This document shows positions 29,707 through 40,600 of a DNA stretch of 64,000 nucleotides, in pieces. Numbering within the stretch: position 1 is the stretch's first letter; each line of letters opens with the position of its first letter. Position numbers and translations under genes: made by a program. Source of the DNA: Candidatus Poribacteria bacterium (GTDB lineage Bacteria; Poribacteria; WGA-4E; PCPOR2b); assembly GCA_965215015.1 (NCBI GenBank), contig OZ244042.1, positions 1,920,001-1,984,000 of the forward strand. Direction: 5' to 3'. The notes beneath the pieces are model-generated. The model was not told where the DNA came from, ran no database searches, and was given only the letters and a program-made list of their open reading frames with translations.

Positions 29707-32085
29707 ATGCTTTACAAAGGGTTACAATTAGATCCGTTTCAGGAGGAGGCGATTCATGCAATAGATCGGAATCGTTCTGTACTCGTCACTGCACCGACAG
29801 GTGCCGGCAAAACCGTACTGGCTGAATATGCTATTGAAAAATGTATGGAGATGGGGCGTCGCGTGATTTATACGGCACCGATTAAAGCCCTCAGCAATCA
29901 AAAGTATCGAGATTTCTATCAGGCTTATGGCGATCGCGTCGGGATTGTCACTGGCGATGTGGTACTAAACCAATCTGCTCAAGTGCTATTGATGACGACC
30001 GAGATTTTCCGCAATATAATCTTTGATAATATTACCCACTTAGACGACGTTGAATACGTCATTTTCGACGAAATCCACTACATCAACGATATCGAACGGG
30101 GAACAGTCTGGGAAGAGAGTATCATCTTTGCCCCTCAGAATATCAAATTTGCCTGTTTAAGTGCGACTATCCCAAACATCAACCAATTTGCCGAGTGGAT
30201 GCGGACCATCCGAGAGGTTGAGATTGATGTAATTGAAGAGCTGGAACGACCCGTTCCTTTGGAGCATCACCTCTACTTAGAAGGATACGGCATTGGCGAT
30301 CTTGGGTGCTTACAAAAGATTCAAAAGTCCATTATCTATGGCGACTTCGACGACTCTGACGGCTTTGAGGGCATTGACGACGAGGCCAATAACGAGGCAA
30401 CTCTTGAAGAAGCACTGCCTGATTGTCTCATTCAGACAGACCTTATTTCCTACATTCAGAATCAGAACAAACTCCCTTGTCTCTACTTCTGTTTTAGCCG
30501 CAAGGTTTGCGAGCGAAATGCAGCGTTTTATGCCAAACGGAATTTCCTGACACCCGAACAACGCAGAGAAATCCTTCACCTGTTTGATATGCTATGTACA
30601 CAATACAGCATCCGAGATGAGCGTAATATCAAAGCCTTTCGCCGCCTTGTTGCTACAGGTGTCGCGTACCACCACGCAGGCATGCTGCCAACCTTAAAAG
30701 AGGTAGTCGAACGTCTATTTACCTCTCGACTGATTCAACTGCTGTTCACAACGGAAACCTTTGCGGTTGGAATCAATATGCCGGCATGTACGGTCATTTT
30801 CGAGAGCTTGGAGAAATACGACGGCGTCAGTTTCCGATACCTGAAAGCGCGTGAATACCATCAGATGTCAGGGCGAGCGGGACGGCGTGGGATTGACCCA
30901 ATTGGTTATGTGTATGCACGCGTTTTCCCAAAATTCGCTCATTTTGAGAGTGTCAAACGGATTCTCTCCGACAAAATCGAGCCAATCGAAAGTCAGTTCA
31001 ATCTCTCCTATTCAAGTATCCTGAATCTTTATGACAAATATGGAGATGACATCTATGATGTATGCACCCAAAGCTTGAACAACTTCCAAAATCATGAACG
31101 GGTGCGGAAGACAGAAGCACAGATTCAACATAGTTCCGCAACGCTAAAAAAACTCCCCGAACCCACTTGTATTCATGACGGTATTGATGGATTTGATCAG
31201 ATTGGCAGCTATAACCATCTCCGAGATCAACTCAACGAACAGCGTAAATTCCTAAAAGTAGAGCGGCGCGTAATTAAGAGAAAAAGAGAGAAGTGGAAAC
31301 GGCAAAAGAACCGACATCAAAAGCTTATTCGGATCGAACGGCAGCTACAGCAGATGGAATCCACAAAAAATGAAAATCTCTGCCATAACTGTAAACAATT
31401 CAAAAGCTGCGATCGCAGTTACCGCAAAATCAAACAAGTTGAAAATCGGATTCAGAAACTTCAAAATAGAAAAACTGGACTTAAAAATTATCAGCGAAAA
31501 CAGATCGCTTCGCGTTTGAAAATCCTCGAAGCACTGGGATATATTGATGCCTCCGGATTGCTCGCACGCGGGAAGATTGCATCGCAAATCTACGGTTATG
31601 AAATACAGGTGACCCAACTCCTCTTCAAAGGTATCTTAGAAAAATTAAGTGAAGATGAACTCAATGTCTTGGCGATGGCGATTGTGTGCGAAGACAGAAA
31701 GGACTGGGGATACTATAAAAAACTCGAAAATAAAAAAATCCAAAGATTGCTGCGAACAGCGGACAAAGAGGTCAAAGCAATCCAAATATTAGAGGAACAG
31801 TATCAGGTTGACCCGGCGACCCCAAAGCCAGTAACAAAGTTAAGTACAGCGATGCTTGCATGGAGTCAAGGCTGTGAATTTGCAACACTGCACCAATATG
31901 CAAACTTAGCGGATGGGGACTTTGTGCGAGCGTTTCGACTCGTGATAGATCTCCTCAGGCAGGTACGCCGCGCAGTAGTTGGACACGAGTTGTTATTGGA
32001 TAAGGTGGACCGGTGCCTTGATAAAATCAATCGTGATGTAGTAGACGCTGAACGGCAGCTACGCGCCGGACAGGAAGCGTCATAA
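29707..32085 (+). CDS. Ski2-like (HelY/DOB1-type) DEIH-box RNA helicase
   Basis: APTGAGKT, PIKALSNQKY, DEIH, LSAT, HHAGMLP, TETFAVGINMPA, QMSGRAGRRG.D, C-terminal DSHCT-like GDFVR...IDLLRQ...INRDVV. Confidence 0.93.
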   Translation: MLYKGLQLDPFQEEAIHAIDRNRSVLVTAPTGAGKTVLAEYAIEKCMEMGRRVIYTAPIKALSNQKYRDFYQAYGDRVGIVTGDVVLNQSAQVLLMTTEIFRNIIFDNITHLDDVEYVIFDEIHYINDIERGTVWEESIIFAPQNIKFACLSATIPNINQFAEWMRTIREVEIDVIEELERPVPLEHHLYLEGYGIGDLGCLQKIQKSIIYGDFDDSDGFEGIDDEANNEATLEEALPDCLIQTDLISYIQNQNKLPCLYFCFSRKVCERNAAFYAKRNFLTPEQRREILHLFDMLCTQYSIRDERNIKAFRRLVATGVAYHHAGMLPTLKEVVERLFTSRLIQLLFTTETFAVGINMPACTVIFESLEKYDGVSFRYLKAREYHQMSGRAGRRGIDPIGYVYARVFPKFAHFESVKRILSDKIEPIESQFNLSYSSILNLYDKYGDDIYDVCTQSLNNFQNHERVRKTEAQIQHSSATLKKLPEPTCIHDGIDGFDQIGSYNHLRDQLNEQRKFLKVERRVIKRKREKWKRQKNRHQKLIRIERQLQQMESTKNENLCHNCKQFKSCDRSYRKIKQVENRIQKLQNRKTGLKNYQRKQIASRLKILEALGYIDASGLLARGKIASQIYGYEIQVTQLLFKGILEKLSEDELNVLAMAIVCEDRKDWGYYKKLENKKIQRLLRTADKEVKAIQILEEQYQVDPATPKPVTKLSTAMLAWSQGCEFATLHQYANLADGDFVRAFRLVIDLLRQVRRAVVGHELLLDKVDRCLDKINRDVVDAERQLRAGQEAS

Positions 32086-32204
32086 GCATCGTCAGCCGAC
32101 TTTTCCCTTGTCTCTATATTCATGTTGTGTTACAATGGTTAATATATGTTTATGATTGTGTGAAATCAAGCAGCTTGTACACACTTAACGAATGGAGGAA
32201 GAAC

Positions 32205-32777
32205 ATGGCAGATCAAGAGTTTGAACTTACCACAAAATTACGAATTCGACCTGCTGCTCCAAGCGATGCGAAAGCTTTGGAACAGTACTGCTTTACCGGC
32301 AAAACTACAGCAGAAATTGACCAAGAATTACAGGACGATCTCTCGCGGACCCAAAAGGGAGAAGTCTATCGAATGGTTGCTGAAGCAAGCGGCCATGCGA
32401 TCGGAAACATCCGGCTTGAACGGCACCCCCTCAACCCTGAAATTGGGGACGTCAGCCAGTTGGCGGTATCTGCGCCCTTCCGGCAGTTCGCGGTCGCAGA
32501 TAAATTAATCGACTCCACTGAGCAGATCGCACAAGAAAATGGCATTACGACGCTTCAGATTGAACTGTCCCGATCCGAAGAAGCAATCATAAACGCTTAC
32601 AAAGGATGGGGATTTGATGAACGCCCCGTTATTACACTACAAAAAACTGTCGGTTCTCCGGATACAGTCAGTGATCCTGACCAAGAACCGGCCATAGATG
32701 AAACCCCTCCCTCAGAAGAAGAATCTGAAAATTCAGCAGATCCGGATAACAACGAACAACAGCAAGAACTGTTATAA
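32205..32777 (+). CDS. GNAT-family acetyltransferase with an acidic tail
   Basis: IRPA..D, LAVSAPFRQFAVADKLI (motif A variant), AYKGWGF. RBS GGAGG. Confidence 0.78.
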   Translation: MADQEFELTTKLRIRPAAPSDAKALEQYCFTGKTTAEIDQELQDDLSRTQKGEVYRMVAEASGHAIGNIRLERHPLNPEIGDVSQLAVSAPFRQFAVADKLIDSTEQIAQENGITTLQIELSRSEEAIINAYKGWGFDERPVITLQKTVGSPDTVSDPDQEPAIDETPPSEEESENSADPDNNEQQQELL

Positions 32778-32836
32778 ATACGTGCAAAATCTTGCCTTAC
32801 ACCTTACATGTCGTGTTTCACCGATTGGAGTAAATA

Positions 32837-33730
32837 ATGAAGAAATATTTCAAGCTACCTATCGTTGCAATTGGCATCGCCGCTTTTCTTATTAGTTGCG
32901 GAAGCCAAAATCCGTACCTTTCCAAGGGGAAAGAACTGATCAAGTCTGACAAACGACGAAAAGAAGAACGCGCTGTGCAACAGTTTAAGTTGGCAATTCA
33001 ACTTGAACAGAATAATGCGGAAGCGCATTATCTGATCGGGTACTACGATTCTGATACGTTTTACGCAGACGGAACCCCAGAAAAGGCAAAGGCATCGACC
33101 GAAGAACGGGGTAAGCACATGTTCCAAGCTTACCAAAACGACAAACGAAAATACCTTGAAATTCTCGTCTTTGAGACGCTAAGAAGCCGTGAGGTTGACG
33201 TTCAGAACGCAGCGTTAAATGCACTCAAGCGCATCTACCAACAAGCTGACCGTAAAAAATTGCTCAATGCCTTAAAAAAAGCAATCAAGTCCAAGGATAA
33301 TCGTGATCGACACGACGCACAGTGGGTGTTGGCATCACTTGGCAGCGATTACCCCGATGCAATCGTACCAATTCTTGTAGATCTGTTGGAGCACAAACGC
33401 AGAGAAACCCGATTGAACGTCATCAAGGCACTTGGTGCAATCGGCGATGAAAGTGCAATTCCCGTATTAGTAGAGGTCGTCAACTCCGGTTCAGCCAAAC
33501 GAAAAAAAGATAGGGAAGATCCAGAAATACGTGGACTTGCCGTTGAAGCGTTGGGTAAAATCGGAGGTACTGCCGTCGAAAAATTGGTCGAAATCGTCCA
33601 GAACAAGGGCTCCTCAATGCGTGTTGATGCCATTCAGGCTTTAGAACAACTTGGTGACGAAAGGGCAGTTAAGCCATTGTTAGAGGTATTAACCGAGCAG
33701 GGCAACCGAGAGGTCGTTGTCCAGTTCTAA
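32837..33730 (+). CDS. Lipoprotein with TPR and HEAT repeats
   Basis: Lipobox LISC; NAEAHYLIG TPR; AL..IGD..AIP.L HEAT units. Confidence 0.82.
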   Translation: MKKYFKLPIVAIGIAAFLISCGSQNPYLSKGKELIKSDKRRKEERAVQQFKLAIQLEQNNAEAHYLIGYYDSDTFYADGTPEKAKASTEERGKHMFQAYQNDKRKYLEILVFETLRSREVDVQNAALNALKRIYQQADRKKLLNALKKAIKSKDNRDRHDAQWVLASLGSDYPDAIVPILVDLLEHKRRETRLNVIKALGAIGDESAIPVLVEVVNSGSAKRKKDREDPEIRGLAVEALGKIGGTAVEKLVEIVQNKGSSMRVDAIQALEQLGDERAVKPLLEVLTEQGNREVVVQF

Positions 33731-33741
33731 TTCTGTATGTA

Positions 33742-33850
33742 TAGGGCTATTTAGTTTTCCGTTTTTAAACGATTTTGGCGGGTAGACCGAAGATTGCCCC
33801 TACATCGTAGGTAGGGCATCTTGACCCGCTCAAAGAATCAAATGACCCTA
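33742..33850. mobile_element. MITE-like family E copy
   Basis: TAGGGCTATTTAG...TCAAATGACCCTA ends with internal REP-like hairpins. Confidence 0.6.
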
Positions 33851-33899
33851 TCTTACATATTGAGAATCTTTACTCGAAAATTAAGTTGAAAGGAATCTC

Positions 33900-35558
33900 A
33901 TGACTTGGAAAATGCAGCTCAGTTTTCTCTTAATATTTGCAATTTTATGTGCTGTTGGGTGTAGCGACAACCGCTATTACGACGATCGACTCCAAATGGA
34001 GATTCAGCAATTAGATAGCGATCTCGATAACCGTTGGTCAACGACCGGCGTGGTCATAATTGATGTGAATGCAAACGGCCCCGCAAGCCGAGCAAATCTT
34101 GAAACAGGCGAACTAATCTCTTATGTGATTGGTGAACGAACAATCCAAGCTAAAAACGACTATAAACAAGCTGTCAGGAGTGCAATGAAAGAGGACAATA
34201 ATTTTATCCTCAAGCTGGCAGATGGTCGAGAAATCCGGTTGGCTGTCCGAAAAAGCGGCGATAAAGTTGGCTTGGAGGTTGATGGGGCACGCGTTAGCAA
34301 GGTTATTTCGGGAAGCCCCGCTGACACCGGGAACATCAACGTAGGGGACACAATCCAAAGCGTGATTGATGAGTGGAACATCCGAACCATTAAAGACTAT
34401 AAGAAAGCACTCAGCGAATTTGCGAAGCATGATTCTAAAGTTACATTCCGCACAATCGAATTAATTGGTATTAAAATTGGCACCGTCAACGCACTCGGTA
34501 ACCTGGGAGATGTACGCGCTGTACAGCCGTTGGCTGCGATTGTAGAGAGTGAAGGCAGTACCTTGCGTCAACCGGCTGCACAAGCCTTAGAACGCCTCGT
34601 TGCCTTGAGCCAATTGAATACACTCTTTCAGCAATTTCAGCAGGCCAACGTTGACGAACTACCCGCGGATCACTTGAACGCCCCGCAGCGTGAATCTGCC
34701 GAAATTTTGGGGCTGCTCACCAGCGATCTTGAAAACAACCGCGTTACGCTCAACGACCCATTTGGCACACAATTCCGGCATCGATCCGAAGCCTTATACA
34801 AGCAGATAACCGATGGGCAGATGATCGAATTGGGACGAAAATATATCAAGCGGGATATTGAGCCAAATCAGGAGATTCGGCGGGCCTGCATCTCCATTTT
34901 AGGACATCTCAAACCAACGACCGCCATCGAAGATCTAATTGCTGTGATGGAAGATGGTATGGAAATACCCGGTATCCGCTTCAAGGCTGGACTGGCATTG
35001 AGCCAGATTGGCGAAAACTCCGTTGATGCGCTCATTGCTGCCTTCAACCGTGGCGATGCAAGTGTCAAAGATATCGCTGCCTCCGCACTCGGAAACATCG
35101 GCGGAAATAAAGCACGGAACACCTTAATTAATGCCCTCGAAACCATAGACAATCCAACAATCAAATTAACAGTCGCCGATGCAGTTGCTAAAATTGGTCG
35201 TTCCGCTTCAATCGAGGCACTTCGTCATCAGAGGGAGGAACTTCCAGAGGGAAGTGGTTTAAGGACATTCCTCGACGAGCTGCAGGTATTGCTGTTCAAT
35301 ATTGAATTAAAATACCAAACCCATCTAAACAGTGAAAATATCTCAGCCGAGTTGCGACAGGAGTTTAAAAAGAATAAAATCCCGCTCTCTCAAAATGTCA
35401 GTCTTTCAATTCAAAAGAAAGATAGCGAGTGGTGGATAGATGATAAGAACAACAACCGAACGTACATTGTCCGTAAAGAAGCCCGTAAAGAAGAAGGCAA
35501 ACTCAACATCTATGAACCACTGAACGCACAATCAATATCGTATTCGGTCACAAACTGA
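33900..35558 (+). CDS. Lipoprotein with two PDZ-like domains, HEAT repeats and a small C-terminal module
   Basis: Lipobox AVGC; GVVIIDV.ANGPA..ANLETGELI and VSKVISGSPA..GNINVGDTI PDZ-like; HEAT repeats. Confidence 0.8.
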   Translation: MTWKMQLSFLLIFAILCAVGCSDNRYYDDRLQMEIQQLDSDLDNRWSTTGVVIIDVNANGPASRANLETGELISYVIGERTIQAKNDYKQAVRSAMKEDNNFILKLADGREIRLAVRKSGDKVGLEVDGARVSKVISGSPADTGNINVGDTIQSVIDEWNIRTIKDYKKALSEFAKHDSKVTFRTIELIGIKIGTVNALGNLGDVRAVQPLAAIVESEGSTLRQPAAQALERLVALSQLNTLFQQFQQANVDELPADHLNAPQRESAEILGLLTSDLENNRVTLNDPFGTQFRHRSEALYKQITDGQMIELGRKYIKRDIEPNQEIRRACISILGHLKPTTAIEDLIAVMEDGMEIPGIRFKAGLALSQIGENSVDALIAAFNRGDASVKDIAASALGNIGGNKARNTLINALETIDNPTIKLTVADAVAKIGRSASIEALRHQREELPEGSGLRTFLDELQVLLFNIELKYQTHLNSENISAELRQEFKKNKIPLSQNVSLSIQKKDSEWWIDDKNNNRTYIVRKEARKEEGKLNIYEPLNAQSISYSVTN

Positions 35559-35705
35559 TAAACTGAAGTTAGGACAACACCAGCTTCGAGGAAATAGAGG
35601 GTTGAACCGAGCGGTGGATTTAAGTGTGTTTCGAGGCAGGGGAGACGGACACCGAGCTTCCCTTGCGAGAAGATAAATACTAGCCAGCAAGCTGACTCCA
35701 ACCAG

Positions 35706-36542
35706 ATGAAAATTGGCGTTACCTCCGATCTGCATACCGATGTTACCCCCCTAAATAAACAAATCCTGCCGTATATCGTCGAAGCGGCTGAGCAAGCTGA
35801 CTTGGATGTCTTCATCCTTGCTGGAGATCTCTCGCCCAACCTGCTCGAACTCACCGAAAGCCTCATCGCGTTCACAGAATCTAATCTGAACTGCCCAAAA
35901 TTATTCGTCCCCGGAAATCACGACATCTGGGTTAGCGAACATCCTGATATTACAAGTGAACAGAAATACGAGGCCATCACAGTCGTCTGTCGCGAATGTG
36001 GTTTCCATCCACTAGATGCCAGCCCTTTCGTTAAGGACGGGGTGGGATTCTGCGGTACAATCGGGTGGTATGACTACTCATTTCGATGCAACGAGTATAA
36101 TTTTTCTGACGAGGCATACGCCTCGAAACAGCTATTGGGATCCGTCTGGAATGATTCAAATTATGCAAAATGGGAGGGAACAGATCCAGAAATTGCTCGC
36201 CGCTTTGAGAATAAATTGCAGAACCAGATCTGTTCAATCAAAGATTCCGTTTCCCAAATCATTGTAACAACCCACCATGTTCCTTTCCAAGAATGCCTCC
36301 ACTCTCGCGGAACATTGCCAGGGGATTTCTTCAGCGCGTACATGGGAAGTCAGGAGCTCGGCAAGACCTGCCTTGATGAACAGCTTGTCACCCACTCTCT
36401 CTTCGGGCATATACACGCTCCAATTTGGCAGCAAGTTGGCAATGTTACTGCAATCTGTTCCCCGATTGGCTATCTGCATCAGTCCCCTGCATGTGATCTA
36501 TCCGTCTACGCACAGGAAAGACTTACCTGTTTTGAACTCTGA
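35706..36542 (+). CDS. Calcineurin-like metallophosphoesterase
   Basis: SDLH, AGD, PGNHD, THH, FGHIH. Confidence 0.92.
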   Translation: MKIGVTSDLHTDVTPLNKQILPYIVEAAEQADLDVFILAGDLSPNLLELTESLIAFTESNLNCPKLFVPGNHDIWVSEHPDITSEQKYEAITVVCRECGFHPLDASPFVKDGVGFCGTIGWYDYSFRCNEYNFSDEAYASKQLLGSVWNDSNYAKWEGTDPEIARRFENKLQNQICSIKDSVSQIIVTTHHVPFQECLHSRGTLPGDFFSAYMGSQELGKTCLDEQLVTHSLFGHIHAPIWQQVGNVTAICSPIGYLHQSPACDLSVYAQERLTCFEL

Positions 36543-36770
36543 GTTTCAAATATGGACAAACGGTGTGTGAGCTAAGTGAGGGGTGTGAATAATTCGAGAC
36601 ACATTATAACTGAATTGAAGCGAGGGGGCCCGGGTCAATCGTAGGGTCTTGGTTGCCAAGCCCGACAGGTTGGCAGCCCCAACCCCTACACATGGACAGG
36701 TGTTGAGAAGTATCTGAACTGCCCTATGATGCAAAGATATTTCAACCACCCCCTTTTCTATTTTTACGAC

Positions 36771-37336
36771 ATTAGTATTACTCCTTGAGTGGGGGGCTGC
36801 TACTTAACCATCCCGGTAATGCCCGGTGCCTCCTTTAGCAAGTATTGAGGAACTGCGAAATCTCGCTATTATAATCACAAAGCAAAGCGATTGAACGTAC
36901 ATACTTTAGTTTGTAGTAGCGCAATTCATTGCGCGTTCCGACGAGCGATAAATCACTCTGCTACAAACCTAAAGGCTTACCGTGGTTAGGCGTAATTAGT
37001 ATTACTCCTTGAGCGGCGGGATGCTACTTAACTACCCCGGTAATGCCCGGTGCCTCCTTTGGCAAGTATTGAGGAACTGCGAAATCTCGCTGTTATAATC
37101 ACAAAGCAAAGCGATTGAACGTACACACTTTAGTTTGTAGTAGCGCAATTCATTGCGCGTCCCGGCGAGTGCTAAATCCCTCTAGCAAGTATTGACTGCG
37201 AAATGTGGCTGTTATAATGACAAAGCAAAGAGATTGAACGTACATACTTTAGTTTGTAGTAGCGCAATTCATTGCGCGTTCCGACGAGCGATAAATCACT
37301 CTGCTACAAACCTAAAGGCTTACCGTAGTTAGGCGT
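36771..37336. repeat. Imperfect triplication of a ~225-bp unit containing a TATAAT box and a GTAG-type REP hairpin
   Basis: TATAAT.ACAAAGCAAAG.GATTGAACGTACA.ACTTTAGTTTGTAGTAGCGCAATTCATTGCGCG occurs three times (~36870, 37095, 37213). The same REP occurs at ~62574. Confidence 0.85.
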
Positions 37337-37647
37337 AGGGAGTTACCCTGCGCGACGGTGAATCGCCGAACTATAGGTTAAAAACCCTCGGAACGGGGGC
37401 TTTGAGAGCTCAACTGTGTAAGTCCTATTATTTCAAGGAAATCGATCTATCAAGGCGACCAAAAGAAGTTAGATTGCTGTAGAATAATTCGATTATGAGC
37501 CCCCCTCAACTAAGTTACGGAATCCCGGAATGAAGATTTGTACCAGCCAAATAACGTGAAGAATCGAATCTTAACAGGCTACTAAAATGTGATGACCAGG
37601 ACGCTATTCACCAATATCCACAACCGTAACGCGGAGGTAACGCCCGT

Positions 37648-40600
37648 ATGAACCGACAAATCAGTAATTCCACAGAAGCGGGTATCGATTGCACCGATAA
37701 TTCTGCGATGCCGGGTCTATGGGCTTCTTACCTTTTACCTTTTGTTTACACATTATGTTGTTTCTACCTGCTTGACACTTGGACTCTAGACGCTCACGCA
37801 ACTGCAAGTGCCAAAACCGACCAGAACGGAATTACTGTCGAGTTTAATCTCCCAAAACTTGAAATCTCAACGGTTAAACGAAATGGCGTGCGGTATCAAG
37901 CAGTCAGCTTCGAGGGAAGCGGGTTTACCAGTAAAGCAGGAAATCCACGACTCCCTGTGTCGCGCATTATGCTTGGCGTGCCGCCAAACGTCAAATTTCA
38001 CGTCGAAATCCTCCGTGCAACTACAGAAATACGCTCCGGCTATCGTATCCCACCTGTACCACACAAGGTTCCCAAACTCCGCAGTGACAGTCCTGCTTCC
38101 CCCTTTCACTCCGAAAACTTCCAAACAATCGAAGAGGAATGGCGTGAGGATGGGCCCGCTTACCAATCTGCCAGCGACTATCCAAAAACCGTGGCACAAG
38201 TTGTTTACGACGGTTACATCCGGTCCCAACGAGTGCTTTATCTAGAGCTCCATCCAATCCGGTATCAGCCAAAATCAAGAATATTGCGGATTCATTCTCA
38301 TATGACTGTCCGCGTCCACTTTGTGCACCAAGGGGCGGATAACAGATTTCAGAGCACCACTACCTCACCTTCTCAATTTGCAACCACAGAACCGGCTTCA
38401 TTTGAGCGGATGTATCAAAATGTCCTGTTAAACTATGATGCTGCTAAACATTGGCGCGTTCCAACGACAAACGCAAATGCTCCACCGGTTTTGAATCCCG
38501 ATCACAGCATCGGGGCGGGCCCCGCAGGACAGGAGCAAGCGAATCGAAAACGGTACAAGATTCTCGTCGATAAAACCGGTATCTACCGCCTAACGAGCGA
38601 AGATTTACGCCGAACATGGGGAATTGATTTGAGTGGGATTGATCCGCGCCTGCTGCATCTTAGAACGAGCAACAGAGAGGTTCCAATATACATCCACGGT
38701 GAAGAGGATGGACGGTTTGACCGTGGCGACTTCATCGAATTTCTCGGCGTAGATGCAAACAATCGGTATACAAGGTGGAATGTCTATTGGCTTGGTGCTG
38801 AAGGCACACGGGGGACACGCGTTTCCGAAATTCACGCCAGCCCTGATGATTCAACCGCAAAACTCGTTCCCGGCTTCCGATCGAAAATTTACTTTGAGGA
38901 AGACCATTTACACAATAACTTACGACATGTCCACCCCAGCGATGTTTCGCCAGATGACAAGCACCGTTGGTTTGAGGCTCTTGATTTCTGGTATTGGACC
39001 GGTGTCAAAAACTTAGCTGATGCAAACGAAGTGGATCTTGAATTTCCGCTTTATGACCTCACACAAAGTTTCGACCAACCGAGTATTCGCGTAACTCTCC
39101 AAGGTGGAACACCAACCGATCATGAGGTACTGGTTTCGATTAACAATATTCGGATTGATGAGGTGAAGTGGCCAAGCCAAAAGGTTGCCACAATAGGCAA
39201 AACACTACGGGTCTGGAACAATTTGCGGGATGCAACCAAGGGCGAGAAGAATGTGATCACCCTCGCTCGAATTGATACCACGGAAGAAGAAAATACGACA
39301 GCCTTTCCTCATCACGTTTATATTAATTCTTTCGAGGTTGAGTATACGCGTCTGCTAAAAGCAGTCAACGACTCGCTTGAATTTACCACCCCTGCTAGCA
39401 TTGACCCATACAATGCCCGAAGACAACGGCGATTGGAATATACTGTCCAGACCTTCCTTTCGCCAGAGGTCGCAATTTTTGAACATGACGGTGAAGTGTT
39501 GATCTCCAAGCTTCAAAACCTCAAGATTGAACGTGTGGATTTGGACCGAGTTGAACGCAACCGCCTCCGCGAAATATACCGCCTCAATGCCGAAACCGAC
39601 ACTGCGAATCAACCATCGCTACAGGATATTCCACGGGTCGCCTACAACGCAACGTTCCAGGTGCGCGATGCACACGATGCTAAATATATTGCCGTTTCCT
39701 CCGCCGGGGTGCGTCAGCCAGTTCGGGTCCAGGCAGCAATGCCGAGCGATCTGCTCTCCCCCACCAATAGTGCGGATTACCTGATCATCACTCATCCGAT
39801 ATTCCTTGAGCCATCGAAAAGGTTGGCCCAATGGCGATCAACCCAAAAGGGCGGCGGATACCGAACAAAAGTGGTTGATGTTACACAGATTTATGATATC
39901 TTCAGTAACGGCATGGTTAATCCGCAAGCCATTAAGGACTTCCTCACGTACGCCTATAAAAATTGGCAACCGCCTGCGCTCTCTTACCTCACAATTATGG
40001 GAGATGGGACCTACGATTACCGCGGAATCGATAAGGAAATCTATCCAGAGCCCCCGGAGGTCGCGGGATACATCCCAACTCATTATATCTGGACCATCTC
40101 GTTTGGGAAGACCTCTGTCGATCACTGGTATACAACAATAAACGGGGTTGACGAGCTACCAGACTTCTACATTGGAAGGCTGAGTGTGGAAACGCTTGAA
40201 GAAGCCGAAAACGTTGTCGATAAACTCATTAACTATGACGATAAACGTCCCAACGGAAACTGGCGTCGCCGGATCATCTCCGTAGCAGATGACGAAATCA
40301 ATAACTCCGGTGACGAAATCTTCAAGAGGAGTTTGACCGCAACTTCAAAAAACCAGGCACTGCTCGGTTACGAAACTGTACCCATCTATCTTGAAGATGT
40401 CATTGACATGGTTGAAGCGAATAAAGCGGCTTACCCTAATCTGCCGCAACGGGTGGCAAAGGATATGATTATTGATGCAATGGGGGACGGCGCGGTTATC
40501 GCCCAATATGCAGGACATGGAGGACGCATCGTCTGGGCGCATGAGGCTATCTTTGACAACCGGGCAGTTGATCAGGTAGATCAGACCGACCATCTCCCAT

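Noticed and set aside
33730-33900. Single HEAT gene split by a MITE
   Set aside because: The second ORF has its own RBS and lipoprotein signal, so these are two genes.
36771-37336. CRISPR array or DGR template repeat
   Set aside because: The units are ~150-225 bp duplications, the differences are not adenine-specific, and no reverse transcriptase is in the window.
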